DNA of 64,000 bases from Calditrichia bacterium (GCA_963777955.1 CAVZSQ010000022.1:641020-705019), one strand, 5' to 3'; shown: positions 31,278-41,790, counted from the first letter of the stretch. Numbers and translations: made by a program. The notes: generated from the sequence alone by a model not told the origin.

Positions 31278-32276
31278 ATGAGCAAACAGGCAGGTCATAA
31301 TGATGTGGAGAGTATCCAGGAACTTACCCGGACATTCAAACTCATAAGAGCGGAAATTGCGAAAGTTATTGTGGGCCAGGATGAAGTAATCGAGCAACTG
31401 CTGATCTCCCTGTTCGCCCGGGGACATTGTCTGCTGATCGGTGTACCGGGACTGGCCAAAACCTTGTTGATAAAAACACTGGGTGAAATTCTGGATCTGC
31501 ATTTTTCACGTATTCAATTCACTCCGGATCTAATGCCGTCGGATATTACCGGAACCGAAATAATAGAAGAAGATCAATCCACAGGTAAGAAATTATTTAA
31601 ATTTGTCAGGGGTCCCATTTTCGCTAATATTATTCTGGCTGACGAAATCAACCGGACACCGCCCAAAACACAGGCAGCCTTACTGGAGGCCATGCAGGAA
31701 TACCGGGTAACCGCGGCGGGAGAAACCTACCCTTTACAGTTGCCGTTTTTTGTACTGGCGACCCAGAATCCGATAGAACAGGAGGGTACCTATCCGTTGC
31801 CGGAGGCTCAGCTGGACCGCTTTATGTTCAACCTCTGGCTGGATTATCCCACGGCCGATCAGGAAAAAACTATTGTGCAACAGACCACCGGGGCGATAAC
31901 CCGGACCGTTAATAAAATCCTTAACCGGGATCAAATATGTTTTTACCAGGATTTGCTGCGCCAGGTACCGGTGGCGGATAATGTGGTGGCCTATGCCGTA
32001 AAATTGGTTTCGGCCACGCGTCCGACCAATCCGGACGGCTTTAATTATATTAAAGAATGGATCCGCTGGGGTGCTGGTCCGCGTGCCTCGCAATACCTGA
32101 TTTTAGGTGCGAAAGTACGGGCCGCTTTACTGGGGAAAATTACACCGGATATTTCTGACGTCCAGATCATGGCATTGCCGGTTCTGCGGCATCGTATCGT
32201 TGTATCTTATAATGCCGAGGCAGAGAATGTATTTATCCATGATATCATCGGTCGTATCCTGAAAGATATTAAATAA
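31278..32276 (+). CDS. MoxR-family AAA+ ATPase
   Basis: Walker A GVPGLAKT, Walker B ILADEINR, and a MoxR-type C-terminus. It ends 2 nt before the protease ORF. Confidence 0.85.
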   Translation: MSKQAGHNDVESIQELTRTFKLIRAEIAKVIVGQDEVIEQLLISLFARGHCLLIGVPGLAKTLLIKTLGEILDLHFSRIQFTPDLMPSDITGTEIIEEDQSTGKKLFKFVRGPIFANIILADEINRTPPKTQAALLEAMQEYRVTAAGETYPLQLPFFVLATQNPIEQEGTYPLPEAQLDRFMFNLWLDYPTADQEKTIVQQTTGAITRTVNKILNRDQICFYQDLLRQVPVADNVVAYAVKLVSATRPTNPDGFNYIKEWIRWGAGPRASQYLILGAKVRAALLGKITPDISDVQIMALPVLRHRIVVSYNAEAENVFIHDIIGRILKDIK

Positions 32277-32322
32277 GTTGTATATTTTCGACAGACGGGT
32301 GTTAAAATTCTGTAATAGAAAT

Positions 32323-35300
32323 ATGAAAGTCGGCACTGCTAAAATAAAATCGATCTTAGTTTACAGCGGGACTTTCAGCGTTCTGTTCTGCTGGATAAAT
32401 GTACTCCAGGCGCAAAAACCTGCCAGTTATTCTGAGCGACTGGAACTCAACGCACAAGAACCAGCCAGGAATTATAAAACAGAGCACGGTAAAACAGACC
32501 GGACCAGCGGAGTGTTGCGTTATGTCTATCAGGAAAAATACAATACTGATCAACTAACCCCACAGGCTGTCGCCCGGGAGTATCTGCAGCTGCAGGGTCA
32601 AAGATTTGGAATTTCCTCTTTACAGCAGGAACTTCAATTTTTACGGGAGGTCAAAAGTCCGGCCGGACAGCAGTTGATTTATCAGCAGCTGTTTCAGGGT
32701 ATTCCCGTCTGTAATTCAGGGATTATACTGACCCTTGACTACCAAAACACTATCACTTTTGTCAGCAGTACCTTCCGGCCACAGTTGAAAGTCAAAGATC
32801 TTCGTGCTGCAATTTCAGCCGGGCAGGCTATACAATTCGCCGAAAAATATCTGTCCAGTGATTATTCAATTTCAGAAAAACCCAATGCAGAACTGATGAT
32901 TTTCAATCCGGTTGCGGCCGCAGGGATACTGGTTTACCGGATACAAATAATCATTCGCGAGCCCCGGGGTGACTGGGAACTGCTGGTGGATGCGGCAGAT
33001 GGCAGGGTATGGCAGGCCAGAAACCTGTTGCGTTTTCAAACAGGGGCTGACGGACGGGGATTAATCTGGGATCCGGATCCGCTGTCCAGTGCCGGGGTTT
33101 ACTATGGCGGATTTTTCATTGATAATAATGATGCGGATGCTGCTGTGCTTAATTCCCAGCGTGAATTCGTTATTTTGAATGATTTGAAATATGAAAATGG
33201 AAAGTATTATCTGGACGGACCATATGTTAAACTGGAAGATATCGATAATAATCCTGTAGATATATTTCCGGCTTTAAGCGACTCGAGCGGATTTAACTTT
33301 ACGCGGCATCAACAGGAATTCGAAGATGTAATGGTTTATTATAATCTCGATCGCGCCGGACGCTACCTGAATTATTTAGGATTTGAGATTGACAGTTTAC
33401 TGGCTTTTCGTGCCGATCCGCACGGTTTAAATGGCAGTGATAATTCTTATTACTCTCCTTTCGAAAATAATTGTGTTTTTGGCGAGGGGGGTGTTGATGA
33501 TGGTGAAGATGCAGACGTGATCTGGCATGAATTTGCGCATGCGATCATGGCTCAGATCCATTATCCGCTGCTGATGAATTATGAAGGTGAAACAGCCGCA
33601 CTGGAGGAGGGCAGTGCCGATTACTGGGCTGCCTCCAATTCACGGGCTGTATCTGATTTCGCCTGGGAGCAATTATATCTCTGGGATGCCGGCATCGGTT
33701 CAGCACAGAATGACCAGGGAATTTTCTGGTCGGGCCGGCGCTGTGACCTGAACTGGCATTATCCGGAAGATTATGATTTCGCTGCTGTCAAGGGACATAC
33801 CAACGGCCAGATCTGGTCGTCGGCTTTAATGCATATCTGGTCCGATCTTGGACGCGAAATCACCGACCGACTGTTCATCCAGGCAATATATCTGTGGGGG
33901 ACTTCACCCGATTTCCACGATGCCGCACAGGCTTTCGTCCAGGCCGACCGGCTTTTATACGGCGGTCAGCATCTTGCCGATATCGTCTACTGGTTCGGGT
34001 ATCACGGCTTGATCGATGCCGGGCAGACTTTTCCGGTGATAATTCACGAACCGCTTGCGGACAGTGAAGATTTAACCGGCCCTTATACCGTGCGGGTGGA
34101 AATTATTCCGGCCACAGCACCATTGGATACAAATAATCTGTGGCTGGTCTGGGGTTATAATGGAATATTTTCGGATTCTCTGCTGCTGACTGCTCTGGCA
34201 GAACCCAATGTATATAGGACAGAGATTCCCGGCGCGCAACAGGTAGTTTCGATCAATTATTATATTACGGCCGCCGATTCGGCAGGTTATTTTACGTCCG
34301 ACCCCGGTCGCGCTCCGCTGGAATATTATTCCTTCAAAGTCGGACCTGATATACAGGCGCCGGTAGTAGTACATACGCCGCTTAAAAACCAATCGTTCTG
34401 GCGCTGGCCTGCTATTTTGAATGTCTATGCCACCGATAATGTGGGTATTGCAGAAGTGCAGGTTTATTATTCTTTAAATCACTCCGCGGAAATGTACTCA
34501 GTCCAGCTTGCCCCGGCAGAGGTACCCGGCTGGTTCAGCGCTGCATTCGGTCTGGATACAAGCCAGGTCGAAATTGGCGATACGGTACATTATATGATCC
34601 AGGCCCGGGATAGATCGATTGCCGGAAACAGCACCGTCGCGCCTCTGAGCGGGTATTACAGTTTTGCAGTGACCGGCAGCGGCGCTGAAATTGTATTTGA
34701 TTTCGAAACTGATGATGGCGGGCTGGCAGCCGACGGCGATTGGCAATGGGGCAAGCCCGGCAGCGGTCCCCGGGCTGCACTAAGCGGCGAATATCTTTGG
34801 GCAACTAAACTGGACGGGAACTATAGCAATGGTCCGGGGCTTTCCACTCTGGCCCTGCCGGTCGTAGATTTGCAGGGCTTCGCGGTGGCTGCGCTGCAAT
34901 TGTGGCAGTGGTATGATATAAAAGCGAGCGGTGACGGCGGTAATGTTAAAGTATCGGCAGATGGTGGATTAACCTGGCAGGTTCTCCAGCCGTTATTCGG
35001 TTATGATGGGATGACGGATACGCTCTCCGGGAATCCGCTGCAGGGCGAGCAGGTATTTTTTGGCAACAGTGCCGGATGGGTAAAAACATTTTTTAATCTC
35101 GATTCCTATATTGAACAAAGTATACAGCTAAAATTTGAGTTCGCTGCTGATGCTGTTGAAACGGGATTCGGTTGGTATATTGATTCAGTTGCCATAGTGG
35201 AAAAATCGGCGAAATTATATCCGCCCGGAAGTATAACAGTTTTGGATAATCATGTTTATGTCAAATTAGGCTGGGATTACCTGAATATGCTTAAAACTCC

Positions 35301-35863
35301 GCCTGGATCAACTCCAATTTTAAAAGATTTATCAGGGCAGGCAGAGAATAATTCACTCCTGCCGGAAGAATTGATATTTAATGTATACCGGCAGGCAGAC
35401 CTTGGTAATTTCAATCTGATCGGGCAAACGGTGCAGTACTCTTATACAGATTCAGACTGTCGAACAAGGTCGGTCATATACATACTACCTTACCTCGCAG
35501 GCAGGTACTTTGGAGAGTGAACCGTCGGATACTATCCAGGTCACAGTTCAGGCCGTAATCGATGTGCGCAACGAACCTGCCGCCGCAGGTATGCTGCCGC
35601 AGGTTTATACCCTGGGGCAGAATTATCCAAATCCCTTCAATCCGCTCACAGTAATAAAGTATCAATTGCCTCGGTCTGATCAGGTTAAACTGAGTGTTTA
35701 TGATATTCTGGGTCGTGAACTGAAAGTATTGGTAAACAAAGAACAACAAGCCGGGTACTATCAAGTGGAGTTTGATGCTCGCAATCTGGCCAGCGGCATC
35801 TATATCTATAGCCTGCAGACAGGGAGATTTGTCTCGGTTAAAAAGATGATAGTGATAAGGTAA
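32323..35863 (+). CDS. secreted HExxH zinc metalloprotease (thermolysin/fungalysin-like active site) with a MAM-like domain and a T9SS C-terminal sorting domain; frameshift near 35470-35490
   Basis: Signal peptide after M at 32323. HEFAHAIM...(18 aa)...EEGSADYW resembles the M4/M36 HExxH...ExxxD arrangement. ORF 35510-35863 carries a Por/T9SS CTD (NYPNPFNPLTVIKYQLP...) and reads in frame with the upstream sequence (...YTYYLTSQAGTLESEPSD...) after a 1-nt shift. Confidence 0.65.
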
Positions 35864-35922
35864 TGTTTGTTCAGGATTAAAAATTAATTCCCGACCTACT
35901 ATAAATATGATTCAATGTAAAC

Positions 35923-35957
35923 AAAAAAGGCGTTCCGGGGAACGCCTTTTTATTTTT
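35923..35957. terminator. bidirectional intrinsic terminator between the convergent protease and OMP genes
   Basis: aaaaaaggcgttcc-gggg-aacgcc-tttttattttt: a GC stem flanked by an A-tract and a T-tract. Confidence 0.7.
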
Positions 35958-35970
35958 CATTAAGACCGAC

Positions 35971-36531
35971 TTATTTTCCCAGATTGAAATACATACCGAC
36001 GGTAATTTCGATGGTATTCAGATCAGAGATAATATTGTATTTGCCCTGAACGAAACCAGTGCTGCCGCCGAAAGGCATTTCATAACCGGCCAGTAATCCA
36101 AAACCAATTTTAGATTCGGAATCACTTTCGGTGGTGCTTTCCAGGGTGAAAGGATTGTAAGACGGGAATTCGATGGAGAGCATATTAAATGATAATCCAC
36201 CGCCAACATATAAACCCTGCATACTGGCGATATGATAATGAACATCAGCGCCAATCTGAATGTTGGAGAGTTTAAGATCTTCATTAAGATCAAATGCGTC
36301 GTAGGTATATTTACTTGACCAGTAACCGACGAATGGGTACAAACCTAAATTTTCAGCCAATTCCCCCATATTGATCTTGGCACCAATATGAAAACCCATG
36401 TCCCATGGATCTTCCGGCATGACCAGACCAAGTTGCGGTGCAATCGCCTTAAAACCCAGCCCCTGAGCTGAGCTTGAAGTAATAAAACCAAAAGCCAGCA
36501 CGAGAAGCAGAATTGTGAATAATTTTTTCAT
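35971..36531 (-). CDS. small outer-membrane beta-barrel protein (OmpW/OmpA-TM-like)
   Basis: Signal peptide, alternating amphipathic beta-strands, and a C-terminal aromatic residue region. Length is 186 aa. Confidence 0.6.
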   Translation of the reverse strand: MKKLFTILLLVLAFGFITSSSAQGLGFKAIAPQLGLVMPEDPWDMGFHIGAKINMGELAENLGLYPFVGYWSSKYTYDAFDLNEDLKLSNIQIGADVHYHIASMQGLYVGGGLSFNMLSIEFPSYNPFTLESTTESDSESKIGFGLLAGYEMPFGGSTGFVQGKYNIISDLNTIEITVGMYFNLGK

Positions 36532-36604
36532 GTGTCCCTCCTGTAAAGGTGTAATTAAATGTATATTTTATATATTTTAATCAGATTAGAACTAATATCC
36601 AAGT

Positions 36605-36870
36605 GTTTTTTATTCCCGGATAGTATCGAAGTACCTTAGTTCCTTAGTCCCTGAGTTCCTTAGTCCCTTAGTACCTGAGTTATTCCCGCTGAGCGATTGG
36701 TACGCCTGATCGTATGTTGGCGGTAATCTTTAATGAAGGATATACGTTCATAAGAAGGCGCTTACTAACACCCGAACACGGGCTAGTGTAGCGCGGATTG
36801 CAGGAATGATAGATTTGATGAAAGGTACTCAGGTACTCAGGGACTAAGGAACTTAGGTACTAAGGTACTA
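36605..36870. repeat. intergenic 8-bp-period repeat element (locus 3): inverted arms of about 50 bp (TNCCTNAG x6 and AGGNACTN x6) flanking a roughly 140-bp GC-rich core
   Basis: Left arm 36631-36682 reads taccttag|ttccttag|tccctgag|ttccttag|tcccttag|tacctgag. Right arm 36824-36870 (ggtactcaggtactcagggactaaggaacttaggtactaaggtacta) is its imperfect reverse complement. The core contains ATTCCCGC...GGCGGTAAT, AGGCGCTT and TGCAGGAATGA. Confidence 0.7.
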
Positions 36871-36955
36871 TATTTAGAATAAAATCCCTCTTTTGCTTAA
36901 CATATTTTTGTGGTAATTTTCCTGAGAACAAAAGATAGCAGCAGGGAGGCGCATA

Positions 36956-38149
36956 ATGACTAAAATCAATTTAAAAAAAGCAAATTTTGCCACATTGTGC
37001 GTACACGGCAGTGGAGGTGTAGATGTAACGACCGGTGCACTCTCTATTCCCATCTATCAAAGTTCCACTTTTGCTTTTCATAATGCCCGTGAAGGGGCCC
37101 AGATCTTTGCCGGAGAGAAAGAGGGGTATGTTTATACCCGCCTCGGAAATCCCACCCAGGCTGCGCTGGAACGGGAAATCGCCTTTCTGGAAAATGGTGA
37201 GGCCGGTCTGGCTTTTGCCTCCGGAATGGCTGCTATAGCGGGGGTAGTGCTGTCCCTGTGCAAACAGGGCAGCAACCTGGTATCGAGCAATACACTTTAT
37301 GGCGGTACCCATCAACTGTTCATGGAAACATTACCGGATTACGGCATAGAAGTTCGGGAGGTCGATGGTCGTGATCTGCCCGCCATCGAAAAAAGTATCG
37401 ATAAGAATAGCAGGTGTCTATATATCGAGACGCCGGCTAACCCCACGCTGGCGATCATTGATATAGAAGGGTGTGTCCGAATTGCCCGTAAACATAAGAT
37501 TCCGCTGATCGTGGATAATACTTTTCCCACCCCATATTTTCAACGGCCCCTGGAACTGGGAGCTGATCTGGTGATTCACTCAGCTACAAAATATATTGGC
37601 GGGCACGGCGATACAGTGGCCGGGCTGGTGATCGGCCGTAAAAAATATATCGATGAACTGCGCGGGACGATTTTACGCGATATCGGCGGGATTATCAGTC
37701 CGCTAAACGCCTGGTTGCTGGTACGCGGATTAAAAACCCTGGCTATCCGTATGGAACGGCACCAGGAAAATGCTTTCGAGATTGCCAAATATCTTACTTT
37801 TCATCCCAAGATAGAGCGGGTCTGGTATCCCGGGCTGACCACACATCCTCAATATGAACTGGCCAGGAAGCAAATGAGCGGATTCGGCGGCATAGTATCC
37901 TGCGAGGTTAAAGGGGGGCGTAAAGCGGGAGAAAAATTCATGAACAATGTCCAGATCTTTACATTAGCTGTGAGCCTGGGTGACGTGGATTCCCTGATCG
38001 AACACCCTGCTTCGATGACCCATTCGACCTACAGTGCCGAGGATCTGAAAAAAACAGGCATTTCCGCAGGATTTGTGCGTCTGTCGGTCGGAATTGAAGA
38101 CAGCCATGACTTGATCGAAGATCTCTCTCAGGCTTTACGTAGAGTGTAA
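36956..38149 (+). CDS. PLP-dependent Cys/Met-metabolism enzyme (methionine gamma-lyase / O-acetylhomoserine sulfhydrylase / cystathionine gamma-synthase family)
   Basis: Family signature around the PLP lysine (SATKYIGGHGD), a 397-aa length, and an AGGGAGG SD sequence upstream. Confidence 0.8.
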   Translation: MTKINLKKANFATLCVHGSGGVDVTTGALSIPIYQSSTFAFHNAREGAQIFAGEKEGYVYTRLGNPTQAALEREIAFLENGEAGLAFASGMAAIAGVVLSLCKQGSNLVSSNTLYGGTHQLFMETLPDYGIEVREVDGRDLPAIEKSIDKNSRCLYIETPANPTLAIIDIEGCVRIARKHKIPLIVDNTFPTPYFQRPLELGADLVIHSATKYIGGHGDTVAGLVIGRKKYIDELRGTILRDIGGIISPLNAWLLVRGLKTLAIRMERHQENAFEIAKYLTFHPKIERVWYPGLTTHPQYELARKQMSGFGGIVSCEVKGGRKAGEKFMNNVQIFTLAVSLGDVDSLIEHPASMTHSTYSAEDLKKTGISAGFVRLSVGIEDSHDLIEDLSQALRRV

Positions 38150-38353
38150 GATTAATTTTCCGGAACTTTTTTTTGACAAAGGCATGCAATTCCCATTGAT
38201 CTGTAGTAATTAACTGTATAATAATATGATTATTTTAATCCATTTGTGGTCGAGGCAATGCTTGATTTTATATTTATAATAATATAAATTTTCTATCTTT
38301 TTAGTGAAATACTGTGGTTAATCATATACCGTTTTAAACCAGAGAGGTCTACT

Positions 38354-38755
38354 ATGCATAAACACGTTATGATTGGTCTGCTGATCCTGCTTTTGGTATT
38401 CACAGCATGTTCCAAGAAAAAGTCTGAGTCGGAATATTTTCAGACGGCTTATGATCAGTATAATAAAGAACAGTATCAGGAAGCCATCCAGAATTTTGAA
38501 AAGGTTCTGAAGTATTATCCAGAAGGCAGCAATGCTTCCAAGGCTATGTTTATGATTGGATTTATCCACGCTAACAATACTAAAAATCTTGAGGAAGCTA
38601 AAAAGTATTATACAATGTTTATTGAGAAGTATCCTCAGCACGAACTGGTTAGCAGTGCAGACTATGAACTGAAACACCTGGGCCAGGATGTAAACCTGTT
38701 GCCGATGTTCCATGATTCAGACAAAGATACGCTTTCTACAGGAATCCAGAAATGA
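38354..38755 (+). CDS. TPR-repeat lipoprotein (YbgF-like)
   Basis: Lipoprotein signal (LVFTAC), then TPR-like helices. Confidence 0.6.
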   Translation: MHKHVMIGLLILLLVFTACSKKKSESEYFQTAYDQYNKEQYQEAIQNFEKVLKYYPEGSNASKAMFMIGFIHANNTKNLEEAKKYYTMFIEKYPQHELVSSADYELKHLGQDVNLLPMFHDSDKDTLSTGIQK

Positions 38756-38824
38756 TTATAAATGAGAGGCGAGTCTGTCCATCAGGCCGGCTGACAATGC
38801 TCCGGGTAAATTAAGGGTGCTGCT

Positions 38825-39751
38825 ATGATTAATTCTGTAAGCATTATTGCACTTGTTTTAGTTGTCGGCAATGCCTGGGCTCAGGATCCGGGAACAACTG
38901 TCAATAATAATATTACTCTGCGCACTTTTGTTGAAGCTGAACAGGTTCCGCTCAACCGTGAGGTAGTATATCATGTGGAACTGCAGTGGTCCGGCGATTT
39001 GAGTTTATACAGGATAAACGAAATCAGCGAACCGCAGGTAGTCAACCTGATCATGCGCGGCAGCGGCTCTTCTAACCGGGTCAGCACGGACCAGGCAGGA
39101 AATCCGGTTTCGATTAAGCGGATAACCTACTATTTCCGTCCGCTGGAAATGGGTATGGCTTATATTGAAGCCGTCACCATCAGGTATGAAGATACTGCGG
39201 CTCAACTGCAGGAAAGCCTGCTCTCCGGCAGACTGGGGATCAAAATAGTTGAGCCTTTGGCGGAGCCGGGGAAGAAGGGAAAAACAGTATTGTTCTGGGC
39301 TGGTCTGGTGGTCGTGGCGGTGTTGCTGGCGCTGCTGTATTTTTATTATCGCACTTATTTGCGAAAACAACGCGAAGCAGCCCGGCTGGCTGTACAAAAA
39401 TATGAAACAATTGAAGAACGTTACCGGCGGGTATTGAAAGAAACGATTCACTTCACCTCGGGTAATTTGAAGGAAAATCTGGTCGATCTATCCCGCCTGA
39501 TCACCGCTTATTTTTCCGAACGCTATGACTTTCCCGCCATGAATTTATCTACGGAAAATCTGTTGCAGGTATTGCGTGAAAAATTAAGTGATGATAGTTA
39601 TGCACGAATGCAGGATTTTTATCAGCGTGCGGATATGATCAAGTTTGCCGGGGATCTGCTCACGGACACTGAATTTCACCGTCTTTTCGATACCGTTGAA
39701 CTGGTTCTGGAGAATCAAAAAGAATTTTTTGCCGACAAGGAGGGAAGATGA
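38825..39751 (+). CDS. BatD-N-like periplasmic domain - TM - DUF4381-like cytoplasmic domain protein
   Basis: Signal peptide, a beta-rich domain resembling the BatD N-terminus, a single TM helix (WAGLVVVAVLLALLYFYY), and a helical C-terminus. It precedes MoxR-DUF58, as DUF4381 genes usually do. Confidence 0.5.
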   Translation: MINSVSIIALVLVVGNAWAQDPGTTVNNNITLRTFVEAEQVPLNREVVYHVELQWSGDLSLYRINEISEPQVVNLIMRGSGSSNRVSTDQAGNPVSIKRITYYFRPLEMGMAYIEAVTIRYEDTAAQLQESLLSGRLGIKIVEPLAEPGKKGKTVLFWAGLVVVAVLLALLYFYYRTYLRKQREAARLAVQKYETIEERYRRVLKETIHFTSGNLKENLVDLSRLITAYFSERYDFPAMNLSTENLLQVLREKLSDDSYARMQDFYQRADMIKFAGDLLTDTEFHRLFDTVELVLENQKEFFADKEGR

Positions 39752-40737
39752 ATCCGGATATTAAAGCGATTCATGAGAAAATTATAAAAGAAAGCGAATT
39801 CGTTGATAAAATTATCAACGAGATAAGCAAAGTTATTGTTGGTCAGATCTATATGATCGAACGACTGCTGATCGGTCTTCTGGCTAACGGGCATATCTTA
39901 CTGGAAGGTGTTCCCGGTCTGGCAAAAACTCTGACCGTTAAGGTTCTTTCCAGTACCATTAAAACCAAATTTCAACGGATTCAGTTTACGCCCGATCTGC
40001 TGCCGGCGGATTTGATCGGAACCCTGATCTATAATCAGCGGGATGGAAACTTCACTACCAAGAAGGGACCTATTTTCGCCAATTTAATCCTGGCCGATGA
40101 AATCAACCGCTCGCCGGCCAAGGTACAAAGCGCGCTGCTGGAAGCAATGCAGGAACGCCAGGTCACGATCAGCGAGAATACTTTCAAGCTGGAGGATCCA
40201 TTCCTGGTCCTGGCCACCCAGAATCCGATCGAGCATGAAGGAACCTATCCGTTGCCGGAGGCCCAGGTTGATCGCTTTATGCTCAAACTAAGTATCGGCT
40301 ATCCCACCCCGGAAGAAGAATTGGAAATAATCCGGCGGGTTACCAAAACCGACGAATTTAAGGTAGATGCGGTCGTTACACCGGCGGAAATTGTAAAAGC
40401 CCGCCAGGTAGTCAAAGAAGTTTACATCGATGAAAAGATTGAAAAATATATTGTCGATCTGGTTTTTGCCACACGGAACCCGGAAAATTATGGACTGAAA
40501 GAATTAAAAGACCTGATCAATTATGGCGCTTCACCGCGTGCTTCAATTTATTTAGCCCTGGCTGCCAAAGCACATGCCTTCCTGCGCCGCCGCGGATATG
40601 TGACACCGGAAGATGTGCGTTCCATCGGTATGGATGTCCTGCGGCACCGGATCATTCTTTCTTATGAAGCGGAAGCCGAGGAATTGACCACCGAAGATGT
40701 GGTGCGCAAAGTGCTCAACCGTGTAGAAGTTCCATGA
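39748..40737 (+). CDS. MoxR-family AAA+ ATPase (second copy)
   Basis: Walker A GVPGLAKT, Walker B ILADEINR, 329 aa. It overlaps both the upstream and downstream genes by 4 nt. Confidence 0.85.
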   Translation: MNPDIKAIHEKIIKESEFVDKIINEISKVIVGQIYMIERLLIGLLANGHILLEGVPGLAKTLTVKVLSSTIKTKFQRIQFTPDLLPADLIGTLIYNQRDGNFTTKKGPIFANLILADEINRSPAKVQSALLEAMQERQVTISENTFKLEDPFLVLATQNPIEHEGTYPLPEAQVDRFMLKLSIGYPTPEEELEIIRRVTKTDEFKVDAVVTPAEIVKARQVVKEVYIDEKIEKYIVDLVFATRNPENYGLKELKDLINYGASPRASIYLALAAKAHAFLRRRGYVTPEDVRSIGMDVLRHRIILSYEAEAEELTTEDVVRKVLNRVEVP

Positions 40738-41615
40738 TCCCGCGCGAAATATTAAAAAAAGTAAAACGCATTGAGATGATCACCCGCGGACTGGTGAACG
40801 AGGTTTTCTCCGGTGAATATCACTCGGTCTTTAAGGGCAGGGGCATGGAGTTCTCCGAAGTACGGGAATACCAGTTGGGGGACGATATCCGCAGCCTGGA
40901 TTGGAACGTATCGGCCCGCATGGGTCATCCTTATGTCAAGGTGTTCGAGGAAGAACGGGAATTAACGGTAATGTTGCTGGTCGATGTATCTTCCAGCGGT
41001 AATTTTGGAACCTTTAATCAGATGAAAGGGGAGATCGCCGCGGAATTATGTGCCGTGCTGGCTTTTTCAGCAATTAAAAACAATGACAAGGTCGGCCTGA
41101 TCATTTTTTCCGATAAAATTGAAAAATTCATCCCGCCCCGCAAAGGGCGCAGTCATGTACTGCGGGTGATCCGCGAAATTCTGTATTTTAAACCGGAAGA
41201 TCTGAAAACCGATTTAAATGTGGCCCTGGAATTTCTAAGCAAGGTGATCAAACGCCGCAGTATAGTTTTCCTGATTTCTGATTTTCTGACTGCCGATTAT
41301 CACAAATCTTTACAGGTGGCTAATAAAAAACATGATATAATTGCTATTGAGATTACCGATCCGCGGGAAGTGGAACTGCCCGCCGTGGGATTTATCGAAC
41401 TGGAGGATGCCGAGTCCGGCGAAGCCATCCTGGTCGATTCCAGCAGTCCACAGATCCGCGGAACTTTTTTTGCCAAATCGCAGGCTGGCCGGGAAGAACG
41501 CAACCGCTTCTTTAAATCAATCGGGATGGATAATATAAATATTTTTACCCATGTGTCTTATGTGGAACCGATCATCAGGTTTTTCCGTATGCGGGCCAGG
41601 AGGTTGGCGGTATGA
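40734..41615 (+). CDS. DUF58 protein (MoxR-associated)
   Basis: The conserved position immediately after MoxR and a degenerate vWA-like fold (...LLVDVSSSG...), typical of the DUF58 family. Confidence 0.7.
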   Translation: MIPREILKKVKRIEMITRGLVNEVFSGEYHSVFKGRGMEFSEVREYQLGDDIRSLDWNVSARMGHPYVKVFEEERELTVMLLVDVSSSGNFGTFNQMKGEIAAELCAVLAFSAIKNNDKVGLIIFSDKIEKFIPPRKGRSHVLRVIREILYFKPEDLKTDLNVALEFLSKVIKRRSIVFLISDFLTADYHKSLQVANKKHDIIAIEITDPREVELPAVGFIELEDAESGEAILVDSSSPQIRGTFFAKSQAGREERNRFFKSIGMDNINIFTHVSYVEPIIRFFRMRARRLAV

Positions 41616-41616
41616 T

Positions 41617-41790
41617 AAAAAGGGACAAAGAGACAAAGGGACAGAGGGACAAAGAAGGCACTGAGGCACTGAGCAAAAAGTACCTGAGTCCCTGAGTCCC
41701 TAGAGAAAAATACAGGACACGGGGTCATTCCCGCTAAACGGGTGCTTTGTTTGATCGTATATGGGCGGGAATCTCTGCTAATAAAGGACA
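41617..41790. repeat. intergenic 8-bp-period repeat element (locus 4)
   Basis: 41621-41656 agggacaaagagacaaagggacagagggacaaag. Then ggcactgaggcactgag. Then 41673-41704 tacctgagtccctgagtccctagag in inverted sense. The core is ATTCCCGCtaaacgggtgctttgtttgatcgtatatgGGCGGGAAT, a 9-bp stem. Confidence 0.65.

Noticed and set aside
35474-35764. ORF 35474-35764 (-) as an independent gene
   Set aside because: It is antisense to the T9SS C-terminal domain coding region of the metalloprotease, which has a clear conserved CTD motif on the plus strand.
36683-36823. Whether the GC-rich cores of the repeat elements are tRNA, tmRNA or another known small RNA gene
   Set aside because: I found no tRNA-like cloverleaf features. 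The T-loop GTTCRANYC box is absent, as is a CCA or acceptor-stem pairing. I found no recognisable RNase P, SRP or 6S primary motifs. They may still be novel structured RNAs.
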